Origin: an uncultured Coriobacteriaceae bacterium
GTDB lineage: Bacteria; Actinomycetota; Coriobacteriia; Coriobacteriales; Atopobiaceae
Direction of reading: 5' to 3'
DNA: 64,000 nucleotides
NCBI GenBank assembly: GCA_902791035.1
Contig: CADAUA010000006.1
Coordinates: 80,457-144,456, forward strand
The notes under the pieces: model-generated
What the model was told of the DNA's origin: nothing
What the model saw: the letters and a program-made list of their open reading frames with translations, nothing else
Databases searched by the model: none
Made by a program: the position numbers and the translations under genes
Part shown: piece by piece, positions 51,233 through 61,652 of the stretch
How positions within the stretch are numbered: position 1 is the stretch's first letter
How the letters are laid out: every line of letters starts with the position of its first letter

Positions 51233-53128
51233 GAACTGGGAGCGGTAGAGCTCTGCGTAGGAACCGCCCGCGGCCAGGAGCTCCTGGTGGGTGCCCTTCT
51301 CGATGATGTTGCCGTGGTCCATCACCAGAATCAGGTCGGCGTCGACGATCGTGGAGAGCCGGTGCGCGATCACGAAGCTCGTGCGGTTCTCCATGATGGC
51401 CTCCATGGCACGCACGATGGCCTGCTCGGTGCGGGTGTCCACGCTGGACGTGGCCTCGTCGAGTATGAGGATGGCCGGGTCCGTGAGCATGGCGCGCGCT
51501 ATGGTGAGTAGCTGCCGCTGGCCCTGGCTGAGGTTCTCGCCGTCGTTCTCCACCATGGTGTCGTACCCACGGGGCAGCGTGTGCACGAAGAAGTCCACGT
51601 GCGCGGCACGTGCCGCCGCCTCCACCTCCTCGCGCGTGGCGCCGGGGTGCCCGTAGGCGATGTTGTCTGCGATGGTGCCCTCGAAGAGCCAGGAGTCCTG
51701 CAGCACCATGCCGAACTGGCGGCGCAGGTCGGCGCGGGCCATGTCGTGCGTGTCCACGCCGTCCAGGGTGATCCGGCCGCCGTCCACCTCGTAGAAGCGC
51801 ATCAGGAGGTTGATGAGCGTGGTCTTGCCAGCGCCCGTCTCGCCCACGATGGCCACCTTCTGGCCGGGCTCGGCCACGAATGAGACGTCCTGCATGAGGG
51901 GCTTCTCGGCCGTGTAGCCAAAGCGCACGTGCTCGAAGGCCACCCGGCCACGCACGGGCTCGATCGGCAGCCGGGGCGCCACGGGGTCGGGCTCCACCTC
52001 GGCCTCGTCCAGGAAGGCGAAGACGCGCTCGGCCGCGGCCAGGGCGCTCTGCAGCATGTTGAGCGTCATGGCCATCTGGGTGAGGGGATCGGACGCCGTG
52101 AACATGTAGCCGAAGAAAGCCTGGAAGCCGCCGACGGTCATCTGGCCCGTGACCACCATGCCGCCTGCCAGAAGGCCAACGGACACGTTTGCCAGGCGCA
52201 GGAGGAAGCGCGTGGCCGGCCCGATGGACTCCATGAGGAAGTCCGCACGTGCGCTGGTGGCCGCGAGCTCGTCGGCGTCTGCACGGACCTGGGCGAGGCT
52301 GCGGTCCTCCAGGCCATAGGCCACCACCACGGTACGGCCGGCGTAGGCCTCCTCCACACGTCCGGAGAGACGGCCCATCACGGCCTGGCGCTTTGCCGCG
52401 ACAGTGATGGTGCGCCCGCCCGAGAAGCGCGTGAGTAGGAGGGTGGCCACGGCAAAGACCGCGTAAACCGCCGTGAGCCGCACGTTCGACACCAGCATGA
52501 GGGCAAAGGCGCCCACGAGCGACGCCACAGCCATGAGCAGCTGCAGGAGGCCGCGCTGCAGGACCTCGGAGACCTTGTCGAGGTCGTTTGTGGCGCGGCT
52601 GATGGTGTCGCCTGGCTGGTGGCGGTCGAAGTAGCTCAGGGGCAGGCGGGCCATCTTCGCGCTTATCTGCTTGCGGACGCTCAGGTTGAGCCGCTCGGCG
52701 AAGCTGGCCATGACGAAGATCTGCACGGAGTAGCAGCCCCAGGCAAAGGTCCAGATGCCCAGATAGCACAGGATCTCCTCCAGGCCGGAGCCCCAGCCCA
52801 CGCCGAAGGCGGCGCCTCCCTGCCAGGCCGTCTGGATCTTTGCCCAGAGAAGGTCCACGAGCCCGCCCGAGTAGGCAGTGGCCCAGAGCTGGCCCACGAC
52901 GCCTCCCACAGCTGCGACGGCTGCCACCACCAGGCGCCAACGCTCCCCCGAGGCCGCGCCCCACAGGCGCTTGGCCGTGCCCCAGGCGTCGGTGGGGACG
53001 TCCTCGTCCAGGTCGTCGTCGCTGGTCGCGGCGGCACCGGCGTCGGCCGCCGCATCCCCGGCAAGAAGGTCGTCCCTACTTTCGCGCTCGTCCTTGTCGC
53101 GCATGTCGCGCTCGTCCCGCCTAGTCAT
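51227..53128 (-). CDS. ABC transporter, fused permease/ATP-binding subunit (type I exporter half-transporter)
   Basis: Six-TM exporter domain, Walker A GETGAGKTT, signature LSQGQRQ and Walker B ILILDEATS are present. The N-terminus is acidic. The ATG at 53128 overlaps the upstream gene's end. Confidence 0.9.
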   Translation of the reverse strand: MTRRDERDMRDKDERESRDDLLAGDAAADAGAAATSDDDLDEDVPTDAWGTAKRLWGAASGERWRLVVAAVAAVGGVVGQLWATAYSGGLVDLLWAKIQTAWQGGAAFGVGWGSGLEEILCYLGIWTFAWGCYSVQIFVMASFAERLNLSVRKQISAKMARLPLSYFDRHQPGDTISRATNDLDKVSEVLQRGLLQLLMAVASLVGAFALMLVSNVRLTAVYAVFAVATLLLTRFSGGRTITVAAKRQAVMGRLSGRVEEAYAGRTVVVAYGLEDRSLAQVRADADELAATSARADFLMESIGPATRFLLRLANVSVGLLAGGMVVTGQMTVGGFQAFFGYMFTASDPLTQMAMTLNMLQSALAAAERVFAFLDEAEVEPDPVAPRLPIEPVRGRVAFEHVRFGYTAEKPLMQDVSFVAEPGQKVAIVGETGAGKTTLINLLMRFYEVDGGRITLDGVDTHDMARADLRRQFGMVLQDSWLFEGTIADNIAYGHPGATREEVEAAARAAHVDFFVHTLPRGYDTMVENDGENLSQGQRQLLTIARAMLTDPAILILDEATSSVDTRTEQAIVRAMEAIMENRTSFVIAHRLSTIVDADLILVMDHGNIIEKGTHQELLAAGGSYAELYRSQFA

Positions 53129-54917
53129 CGGCCCCACCTCCCCTCGTCTGCGACTCCTCGATCTCGCGGTACTCCCGGCAGTCCCTCATGAGCTCGTCGT
53201 GCGTGCCCAGGCCCACCACCTGGCCCTCGTCGAGCACCACTATCTGGTTGGCGTCGTGGATGGTGCTCACCCGCTGGGCGATGAGCAGCATGGCGGCATC
53301 CCCCAGCTCGCCGCGCAGGGCGTGGCGCAGGGCGGCATCGGTCTTGTAGTCCAGCGCGGAGAAGGAGTCGTCGAATATGTAGAGGTCCGCGTGGCGCACC
53401 AGCGCGCGAGCTATGGCCAGGCGCTGTCGCTGGCCACCGGAGAAGTTCTTGCCGCCCTGGCTCACGCGTGAGTCCAGCCCGTCGGGCAGGTCGCGAACGA
53501 ATCCCCCCTGGGCCACGTCCAGCGCGTGCCACAGCTCCTCGTCCGTGGCATCGGGCCGACCGTCCCGCAGGTTCTGGGCTATGGTGCCCGAGAAGAGCCA
53601 GGCCTGCTGGGGCACATAGGCCACGTGGCTGCGGAGGGCGCGCTGGGGAAGCTCGCGCATGTCGCGGCCCTGGATGAGCACGGCCCCCTCCGTGACGTCG
53701 AAGAGGCGCAGGAGCAGCTTGGCCACCGTGGACTTGCCGGAGCCAGTGTTTCCGATCACGGCGCACACCTGGCCGCGCCGCACGGAGAAGTCCAGGTCGT
53801 GCAGGGTGTCCACGTCCGCGTCGTCAAAGCGGAAGCTCGCGTGGTCGAAGCGCACGACCTCGTCCGCGGGGCCCGCCGCCACAAGCTCGCGGTCGGCCTC
53901 GGCCGCCTCCGGCGCGTCCAGCACCCGCGGCTCCGTCCCCAGCACCTCGGCGGCGCGGGCCAGGCAGGCCCGGGCGCGCGGTATCTGCAGGATGGCGAAC
54001 TGGGCCATCATCATGGAGAACATGATGATCATGGCGTAGTTGTTGAGCGCGTTGATGGAGCCGATCTGCATGGCGCCCGCCCCCACGCGGTCGGCGCCCA
54101 CCCAGATCACGAGCACCTCCACGAAGTTGGAGAGGAAGAAGGTGATGGAGTCCGCCAGGGTGAAGACCATGTTCACCCGGATGGCGTGGCTGGCGTAGTC
54201 CTCGAAGGTCCCGTCCAGCCGCTCGCGGTCCATGCGCTGGCGGTTGAAGGCGCGGATCACGCGCACGCCGGTGATGGACTCGCGCAGGCGAGTGTTCATG
54301 GCGTCGACGAGTTGTTGCATCTTGACGAATATGGGGGCGGACTTGGCCAGCGCCACGGCGCACACCGCGAGCATGCCCAGCGTGACCCCCAGCACCACCC
54401 AGCCCATCTGCCAGTCGGTGGCAAAGGAGAGGATCACGGCCGCCACGCAGGTGACGGGCACCGGCGCCAGCATGACAAAGCACATCATGAGGGTCTGCTG
54501 GACCACGTTTGCGTCGCCCATGGTCCGGGTGATCATGGAGCCCGTGCCCAGGCGCGAGAAGTCCGCGGCCGAGAGCGCGAGACTCTTCTGGTACACGGCA
54601 ACGCGCAGGTCGCGGGCCACGTTTGCCGCCAGGTGCGCTGCCATCCAGTAGGAGGCGATGCAGCCGCCCGAGCCCGCGATGGCCGCCACCAGCATGCGGG
54701 TGGCATGTGACAGAAGGTCTGACCCCTGCTGGCCGATCGCGGCGTTGATCATCGCGGAGAGCTCGGTGGGGATGTAGAGCATGCCCACCACGTCGCAGAG
54801 CAGCAGGAGGAGGGTGGCCACCACCTGGCCGCGGTAGGGCCGCACGAGCCGCACGAACAGCGCCAACGACTCGCGACGTCCCGGCATCGCCTCGCCCCCG
54901 GAGGTCCCCTGGCCCAT
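53121..54917 (-). CDS. ABC transporter, fused permease/ATP-binding subunit (partner half-transporter)
   Basis: Walker A is GNTGSGKST, the signature is FSGGQRQR and Walker B is LYIFDDSFS. The start is taken at ATG 54917; an alternative ATG is at 54887. The track ORF's upstream 218 codons overlap marR. Confidence 0.9.
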   Translation of the reverse strand: MGQGTSGGEAMPGRRESLALFVRLVRPYRGQVVATLLLLLCDVVGMLYIPTELSAMINAAIGQQGSDLLSHATRMLVAAIAGSGGCIASYWMAAHLAANVARDLRVAVYQKSLALSAADFSRLGTGSMITRTMGDANVVQQTLMMCFVMLAPVPVTCVAAVILSFATDWQMGWVVLGVTLGMLAVCAVALAKSAPIFVKMQQLVDAMNTRLRESITGVRVIRAFNRQRMDRERLDGTFEDYASHAIRVNMVFTLADSITFFLSNFVEVLVIWVGADRVGAGAMQIGSINALNNYAMIIMFSMMMAQFAILQIPRARACLARAAEVLGTEPRVLDAPEAAEADRELVAAGPADEVVRFDHASFRFDDADVDTLHDLDFSVRRGQVCAVIGNTGSGKSTVAKLLLRLFDVTEGAVLIQGRDMRELPQRALRSHVAYVPQQAWLFSGTIAQNLRDGRPDATDEELWHALDVAQGGFVRDLPDGLDSRVSQGGKNFSGGQRQRLAIARALVRHADLYIFDDSFSALDYKTDAALRHALRGELGDAAMLLIAQRVSTIHDANQIVVLDEGQVVGLGTHDELMRDCREYREIEESQTRGGGADD

Positions 54918-54946
54918 CGTGTCCTTGTCTATGTTCTTGTCCGCGC

Positions 54947-55456
54947 TCACAGCGCCCCCACTTCCAAGGTCTGGCTCTCCCCCGCCGCATCCAGCTCCCG
55001 GCGAAGGAGCCCCAGCTCGCGGTCCAGTCCCGCCACGTAGGTGCGGATGATCCGCACCAGGTCCCTCCGGTCCCCCGGCGGCAGCGCCGCGAAGGCCCGC
55101 GCCTCGGCTCGCATGGCCGGCGCGATGCTCCGCTCGCAGAAGGCACGGCCCGCGTCGGTGAGCCGCACGAGCTTGTCCCTGCGGCTGCCCTCCACGAACT
55201 CCAAGGTCACGAGCCCGCGCCGCTCCAGCGCCCGTACGCTGGAGCTCGCCGTCTGGCGGCTGAGGGAGTTGTTGTCCGTCACCTGGGCCAAGGTCTCGGC
55301 CCCGCCGGCCATGACGATGTCGTAGAGGATCCAGTAGGCGCTGTCCGCCACGCCGCAGCCACGCGCCGCCTCCCGATAGACGCGGTCCGTCTCCTGGAAG
55401 AGCGCGTCGATGTCGCGCGGCGTGAGCTCCGCCCCCTCCGTCTGTGCGGCCTGCAT
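54947..55456 (-). CDS. MarR-family transcriptional regulator, first gene of the ABC exporter operon
   Basis: The winged-helix region is LAQVTDNNSLSRQTASSSVRALERRGLV...RRDKLVRLTDAG. The product is 169 aa. Confidence 0.9.
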   Translation of the reverse strand: MQAAQTEGAELTPRDIDALFQETDRVYREAARGCGVADSAYWILYDIVMAGGAETLAQVTDNNSLSRQTASSSVRALERRGLVTLEFVEGSRRDKLVRLTDAGRAFCERSIAPAMRAEARAFAALPPGDRRDLVRIIRTYVAGLDRELGLLRRELDAAGESQTLEVGAL

Positions 55457-55535
55457 GCCCGCCTCCAGCTCGCATGGGCGGGCTCCCCCGCCACGGTCCC
55501 GCCATGGCCGGACCCTTCCCTACACTACTGCGATT

Positions 55536-55563
55536 GTCCGAATTCAAACAGTCCGAATTCGGA
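55536..55563. promoter_or_regulatory. Candidate MarR operator in the marR / malic-enzyme divergent region
   Basis: The direct repeat GTCCGAATTC occurs at 55536-55545 and 55551-55560. The second copy extends to the perfect 12-bp palindrome TCCGAATTCGGA (55552-55563). Confidence 0.3.
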
Positions 55564-55675
55564 TAAAACAAACGCAGCCAAGACTATCACGCCTTTTGGC
55601 CCCACACCAGCCCCACGCGGCGCCCGATTGGGATAGGCTCTATCCATCACACAACGTCCACGAAGGGAGCGGCAC

Positions 55676-57313
55676 ATGTCAAAGCGGGGCCTCGAGGTTT
55701 TGCGTGATCCGATGCTCAACAAGGGGTGTGCCTTCACACGTGCGGAGCGCGAGGAGCTGGGGCTCGACGGCCTTCTTCCCGCCGCGGTGCTCACGCAGGA
55801 CCAGCAGGAGGCCATGGTCTACGAGCGCTTCTGCGCCCAGCCCACCGACCTGGCCCGCCGCATGTACCTCATGAGCGTGCGCGACACGAACGCCCGCCTC
55901 TTCTTCTACAGCATGGGCAAGCACCTGACGGAGTACATGCCCATGGTCTACGCACCCACGGTGGCCCAGTCCATCGAGGGCTTCGAGGACCACTACTTTG
56001 GCAGCAACGTTGCCTACGTGAGCATAGAGGACGCGAGCGAGAAGGCCGTGGAGCAGGCGCTCCTCGCCTTCGCCGGGCCCGACGCGGACATCCGACTGGT
56101 CGTCTTCACCGATGCCGAGGGGATACTTGGCATCGGTGACTGGGGCGTCAACGGCGCGGAGATCCTCACGGGAAAGCTGGCCGTCTACACCGCGGCGGCC
56201 GCCATCGACCCAACGCAGATCCTGCCCGTGATGGTGGACGTGGGCACCAACCGCCAGAGCCTCTTGGACGACCCGCGCTATCCCGGCAACCGCATCGCGC
56301 GCGTGCGCGGCCAGCGGTATGACGACTTCATCGACGTGCTGGTGCGCGTGAGCCTGCGCCTGTGGCCCAAGGCCCTCCTGCACTGGGAGGACTTCGGCAG
56401 GCCCTGCGCCGCCCCCATCCTCAAGCGCTACCGTGACCAGGTGCTCACTCTGAACGACGACATCCAGGGCACCGGCGTCACGACCCTGGGCGCCCTCATC
56501 GGAGCCTGCCGCGTGGCGGGGCGTCCTCTGGCCGAGACGCGCATCGTGCAGTTTGGCGCCGGGACCGCAGGCATCGGCATCGACGACCAGATCGTGGACG
56601 CCCTCGTGCGTCTGGCTGGGCTCACGCCCGAGGAGGCCGCGAGCCGCATCTACCTGATGGACCGCCAGGGGCTGATCCTCTCCGGCATGGACGACCTCAC
56701 CGAGGGCCAGGCCCGCTACGCCCACGACGCCTCCGAGTTCCCCGAGGGGCTGGACACGCATGACCTGGCCGCGGTGGTGGAGGCCGTGCAGCCCAACGCC
56801 CTTATCGGCACCTCGACCGTGCACGGGGCCTTTACCGAGAGGGTCTGCCGGACCATGGCCGCCCACTGCGAGCGGCCCTTCGTCGCACCCATAAGCAACC
56901 CCACCAAGCTGGCCGAGGCCCGCGCGGCCGACGTCATGGCCTGGACCGAGGGTCGGGCGCTCGTGGTCACGGGCACGCCGTCGGCGCCGGTCGACCTGGG
57001 CGGCGTGACCTACCGCTTTGGCCAGTGCAACAACGCCCTCATGTACCCGGGTCTCTGCCTGGGGGCGCTGGTGGTGGAGTCGCGCCTGGTGAGCGACGGC
57101 ATGTTGCTCGCGGGCGCGCAGGCACTGGCAGACATGGTGGACGTGTCGCAGCCGGGTGCCGCGGTGCTGCCGCCCATGAGCGCGCTCACGGACATCACGC
57201 GCACGGTGGCGCGTGCCGTGGCCGAGGAGGCGGTGGGCGAGGGGCTCAACCGGGCGGACGTGCCGGACATCGACGCCGCCCTCGACGCCGTTGCCTGGGA
57301 CCCCAGGTACTAG
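55676..57313 (+). CDS. NAD(P)-dependent malic enzyme (or malolactic enzyme) family
   Basis: MSKRGLEVLRDPMLNKGCAFT, DAEGILGIGDWG, TGKLAVYTAAAAI and VDVGTN are malic-enzyme signatures. The product is 545 aa. AAGGGAG lies upstream. Confidence 0.9.
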   Translation: MSKRGLEVLRDPMLNKGCAFTRAEREELGLDGLLPAAVLTQDQQEAMVYERFCAQPTDLARRMYLMSVRDTNARLFFYSMGKHLTEYMPMVYAPTVAQSIEGFEDHYFGSNVAYVSIEDASEKAVEQALLAFAGPDADIRLVVFTDAEGILGIGDWGVNGAEILTGKLAVYTAAAAIDPTQILPVMVDVGTNRQSLLDDPRYPGNRIARVRGQRYDDFIDVLVRVSLRLWPKALLHWEDFGRPCAAPILKRYRDQVLTLNDDIQGTGVTTLGALIGACRVAGRPLAETRIVQFGAGTAGIGIDDQIVDALVRLAGLTPEEAASRIYLMDRQGLILSGMDDLTEGQARYAHDASEFPEGLDTHDLAAVVEAVQPNALIGTSTVHGAFTERVCRTMAAHCERPFVAPISNPTKLAEARAADVMAWTEGRALVVTGTPSAPVDLGGVTYRFGQCNNALMYPGLCLGALVVESRLVSDGMLLAGAQALADMVDVSQPGAAVLPPMSALTDITRTVARAVAEEAVGEGLNRADVPDIDAALDAVAWDPRY

Positions 57314-57380
57314 GCCAGATCGCTTCCTTGGGCCGCCTCCTTCCTGCCGGGGCCTGCGGGAAGGGTTGCAGACCCCGCCA

Positions 57381-57513
57381 GCTGCAGGTGACATGTCACT
57401 TGCAGGTGTCTGCGACCAGCCACCGATAGAAGCGACAAGCCCACTACCTGCGGAAACGCAAACGGCGCTGTTTGTGCAAGGCACCTGCAGGTGACATGTC
57501 ACTTGCAGGTGCC
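57381..57513. repeat. Family-4 composite element: two 30-nt palindromes about 103 bp apart
   Basis: CTGCAGGTGACATGTCACTTGCAG occurs around 57381-57409. GGCACCTGCAGGTGACATGTCACTTGCAGGTGCC occupies 57480-57513. A conserved spacer lies between them. Confidence 0.9.
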
Positions 57514-57557
57514 TTGTTCATGACGGGGAGCCGCGCATGGTCCCGGCGGGCCGATCC

Positions 57558-58970
57558 CTAGCCCAGTTCCTCGCCGTTGCTGGCGATGACCTTCTTGTAC
57601 CAGTAGAAGCTGTCCTTGCGGTAGCGCTTGAGGTCCTTGAGGTCGAACTCGTCGCGGTTCACGTAGATGAAGCCGTACCGCTTGACGATGCCCTCGTGCG
57701 TGGAGATGAGGTCCACCGCGCTCCAGGGGCAGTAGCCCAGCATCTGGACGCCGTCACTGATGGCCAGGCGCATCTGCTCGATGTGGGCCCGCAGGTAGTC
57801 GATGCGGTACTGGTCGTGGACGCTGCCGTCCTCCTCGAGCTTGTCGTAGGCGCCCAGGCCGTTCTCGGTGATGAGGATGGGCAGGTGGTAGCGGCTGTAG
57901 ACCTCGCGCAGGGTGTTGCGGAAGCCGATGGGGTCGATCTCCCAGCCGAACTCGGTGCGGGGCAGGTTGGGGTTGGGCATGGCTTTGAAGAAGCCCTCGA
58001 TGGTGGCGCCACGCTGCTGGTCGCCGGAGGTTCCGGCCTCGCCGGGCCCAGGCATGGCCACGGTGGCCGTGGAGTAGTAGTTGAAGGCGATGAAGTCGGG
58101 CTTGGCGGCGCGCATGATCTCCATGTCGCCCACCTGGATGTTCTCGGGGGTGGCGTCCTGCTCCTCCAGCCAGCTCCACACGAGGTTGTTGTAGATGCCG
58201 TAGACGGCCATGTCCAGGTAGAGCCAGTTGCGCAGGGCATTGAAGTTCTGCGCGGCCAGGATGTCCTCGGGCTTGTTGCTCGCGGGATACACGAGGGCGA
58301 TGTTTGGCGCGGGGCCGATCTTCGCGTCGGGCAGCATCTGGTGGCAGAGGCACATGGCCTTGGCCTGCGCCAGCAGCATGTTGTGGTTCATCTCGTAGAC
58401 GTGCTTGTTTGGGTTGTCGAACTTGGAGAAGTCGATGCCCATCACGGCCTCGGCCGCGAGCGTCATCATGTTCTGCTCGTTGATGGTGAGCCAGTACCTC
58501 ACGCGGTCGCCAAAGCTGCGGAACATCAGCTCGGAGAACTCCACGAAGGCGTCCACGGTGGCGCGGTTGGCCCAGCCGCCCCTCTCCTCGAGCGCCGCCG
58601 GCAGGTCAAAGTGGTACATGGTCACGAGCGGCTGGATCCCATACTTGAGGCACTCGTCGATGAGGGCGTTGTAGTAGTCCACGCCCTCCTGGTTGACGCG
58701 GCCCGTCCCCTCGGGCAGCAGGCGCGACCAGCTGATGGAGAAGCGGTAGGTCCTGAAGCCCATCTCGCCCATGAGGGCGACGTCCTCCTTGTAGTGGTGG
58801 TACTGGTCGGCAGCCACCTCGAAGCCCGACGTGCCGGCAGGCGGGGTCTTGACGTCCTGGACGGATGGGCCCTTGCCGTTGGTCAGGCTCGCGCCTTCCA
58901 CCTGGTAGGCGGAGGTCGAGGCGCCCCAGAGGAAGCCCTTGGGGAACTGCTTGAGGGTCTTGTGCAGCAT
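57558..58970 (-). CDS. 6-phospho-beta-glucosidase (glycoside hydrolase family 1)
   Basis: The ATG at 58970 follows GAAGGGA. Motifs are FPKGFLWGASTSAYQVEGA, the acid/base region TINEQN and the nucleophile ITENG. Confidence 0.9.
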   Translation of the reverse strand: MLHKTLKQFPKGFLWGASTSAYQVEGASLTNGKGPSVQDVKTPPAGTSGFEVAADQYHHYKEDVALMGEMGFRTYRFSISWSRLLPEGTGRVNQEGVDYYNALIDECLKYGIQPLVTMYHFDLPAALEERGGWANRATVDAFVEFSELMFRSFGDRVRYWLTINEQNMMTLAAEAVMGIDFSKFDNPNKHVYEMNHNMLLAQAKAMCLCHQMLPDAKIGPAPNIALVYPASNKPEDILAAQNFNALRNWLYLDMAVYGIYNNLVWSWLEEQDATPENIQVGDMEIMRAAKPDFIAFNYYSTATVAMPGPGEAGTSGDQQRGATIEGFFKAMPNPNLPRTEFGWEIDPIGFRNTLREVYSRYHLPILITENGLGAYDKLEEDGSVHDQYRIDYLRAHIEQMRLAISDGVQMLGYCPWSAVDLISTHEGIVKRYGFIYVNRDEFDLKDLKRYRKDSFYWYKKVIASNGEELG

Positions 58971-59042
58971 GTCGTTTCCCTTCTCTATGCCCGTGGACGA
59001 TGCCGGCTTGCCTTGCCCACCACGAAGCATAGCAAACGATGA

Positions 59043-59111
59043 CAAAAGGTCAGACCCCAGTTGGGCAAAAGGTCAGACCCCAGCTAGGCAAAAGGTCAGA
59101 CCCCAGCTGGG
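59043..59111. repeat. 23-bp tandem repeat x3 in the GH1 gene upstream region
   Basis: CAAAAGGTCAGACCCCAG(T/C)T(G/A)GG units start at 59043, 59066 and 59089. Confidence 0.9.
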
Positions 59112-59117
59112 CAGCGG

Positions 59118-59252
59118 GGCACCTGGGAGTGACATGTCAGTTACAGGTGCCTGCAAGCGGCCGTCAACAAGAGCGACAGGTCGTCTACCTGCGCAAACAC
59201 AAACGTGCAGAAACGCGAACGCACCTGCAAGTGACATGTCACTTACAGGTGC
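59118..59252. repeat. Family-4 composite element, second copy in the same orientation
   Basis: GGCACCTGGGAGTGACATGTCAGTTACAGGTGCC occupies 59118-59151. GCACCTGCAAGTGACATGTCACTTACAGGTGC occupies 59221-59252. The spacer aligns with the 57.4-kb copy (..AAGAGCGACA..CTACCTGCG.AAAC.CAAACG..). Confidence 0.9.
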
Positions 59253-59282
59253 GCACCCATGCGGTCTATGGTGAGAAGAACC

Positions 59283-59349
59283 CGCCCCACGCGAGCCTCG
59301 CCCCACGCGAGCTCCGCCCTATGCGAGCCTCGCCCTATGCGAGCCCGCC

Positions 59350-59361
<12 letters not shown>
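59283..59361. repeat. 16-bp tandem repeat x5 anchored on the metK stop codon
   Basis: The minus strand reads GAGCTCGCGTAGGGCG / GGCTCGCATAGGGCG / AGGCTCGCATAGGGCG / GAGCTCGCGTGGGGCG / AGGCTCGCGTGGGGCG. The first unit holds the last three codons plus the TAG of metK. Confidence 0.9.
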
Positions 59362-60597
<1,236 letters not shown>

Positions 60598-60679
60598 GTG
60601 GTTCTTTCCTTTCCTCTTGTCGATACAAGCTCTGGCCGCCCACGGTGCGGGTCGGCGTTGCACGACGCCTGCCGCGCGC

Positions 60680-61444
60680 CTATGCGGGCGTGGCGGTGGC
60701 GGAAGGCATGAAGTGGTTGCGGGCCTTCTCCGTACCCATGCCGTCGAAGGCGAGGTCCAGGAGCTGGCGGCCGAGGTCCTCGGAGGATGCGTGCGACCTG
60801 CTGAGCAGGGGCTCCTCCATGGCGGCGAAGATGAAGGCGCCCGTCACGGACACCGCGGCCAGGCGGGCGTCCACGTCGCGCCGGACGACCCCCTCCTCCT
60901 TGGCCCGCTCCAGCTGGGCGGCCACGATGGAGGTGCCCCTGGCCAAGTAGGTCTCCACGCTGGGCAGGACGGTGCTGTGGGAGTCCAGGAGCTCGCGGGT
61001 CATGGCCAGGGTGAGCGGGCTCTTGCTGGAGAGCCGGCTGGTAAAGACATAGGCCAGCCCCTCCATGGAGGCCGTGGCCGAGGGGGCGGCGCTCACCACA
61101 CCCTCGATCGAGTCCACCAGGTCGTCTATCGACCGGTCGAAGATGGCCTCCACCAACGCGCTCTTGTCGCTGAAGTAATAGTAGAGGGCACCCTTGGACA
61201 TGTTGCAGCGGGCGGAGACCTCGCTCATCTGGAAGTCCGTGTTGCCCCGCTCCACCATGAGGTCGGTGGCGGCCGCCATGATGCGCTCGCGGGTGGCCGC
61301 GGACTTGCGGGTCTTGGTACCGGCGCGCAGCTTGGTGGTCTGCTTGGCAACGGTCTCCTCGAGCGAAGCCCGGGCCGCCGCACCCGCCATCTTGAGCCCG
61401 TCGTGGAGCTCCACGCTCATGCCCTTGTCATCCAGAAGTGCCAT
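60680..61444 (-). CDS. TetR-family transcriptional regulator (start codon uncertain)
   Basis: The HTH is [27 protein letters not shown]. Candidate starts are 61444 (MALLDD), 61420 (MSVELH) and the TTG at 61531. A TAGAAT -10-like box inside the longest ORF argues for an internal start. Confidence 0.75.
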   Translation of the reverse strand: MALLDDKGMSVELHDGLKMAGAAARASLEETVAKQTTKLRAGTKTRKSAATRERIMAAATDLMVERGNTDFQMSEVSARCNMSKGALYYYFSDKSALVEAIFDRSIDDLVDSIEGVVSAAPSATASMEGLAYVFTSRLSSKSPLTLAMTRELLDSHSTVLPSVETYLARGTSIVAAQLERAKEEGVVRRDVDARLAAVSVTGAFIFAAMEEPLLSRSHASSEDLGRQLLDLAFDGMGTEKARNHFMPSATATPA

Positions 61445-61560
61445 CGCAACGTCCCAACCATCGCCAGCAAAACGTGAGTATTCTACCGCCATTGCAAAGC
61501 GTTTTGAGCTGATTTCAAAAAAATCGGCCAAACAGTTGGCAAAAAGCGGGCACCACGTGC

Positions 61561-61584
61561 ATTATGTATTGGGTTCTACATAAT
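61561..61584. promoter_or_regulatory. Candidate TetR operator in the tetR / yhgE divergent region
   Basis: The inverted repeat is ATTATGTA - 8 nt - TACATAAT. It sits in an AT-rich patch between the divergent genes. Confidence 0.3.
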
Positions 61585-61652
61585 TCTCGCACACTACGTT
61601 CGTTTTTAGACGCTTTTCCATCGTTTCGTCGCTACCACAGGGAGAAAAGCCC

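Noticed and set aside
60598-60679. SAM riboswitch in the metK leader
   Set aside because: Only about 82 nt separate metK from the upstream tetR stop. I see two small hairpins (GGCGTCGTGCAACGCC and CTTGTATCGACAAG) but no confident match to the SAM-I, SAM-IV or SAM-VI cores as I recall them. This needs cmscan before any claim.
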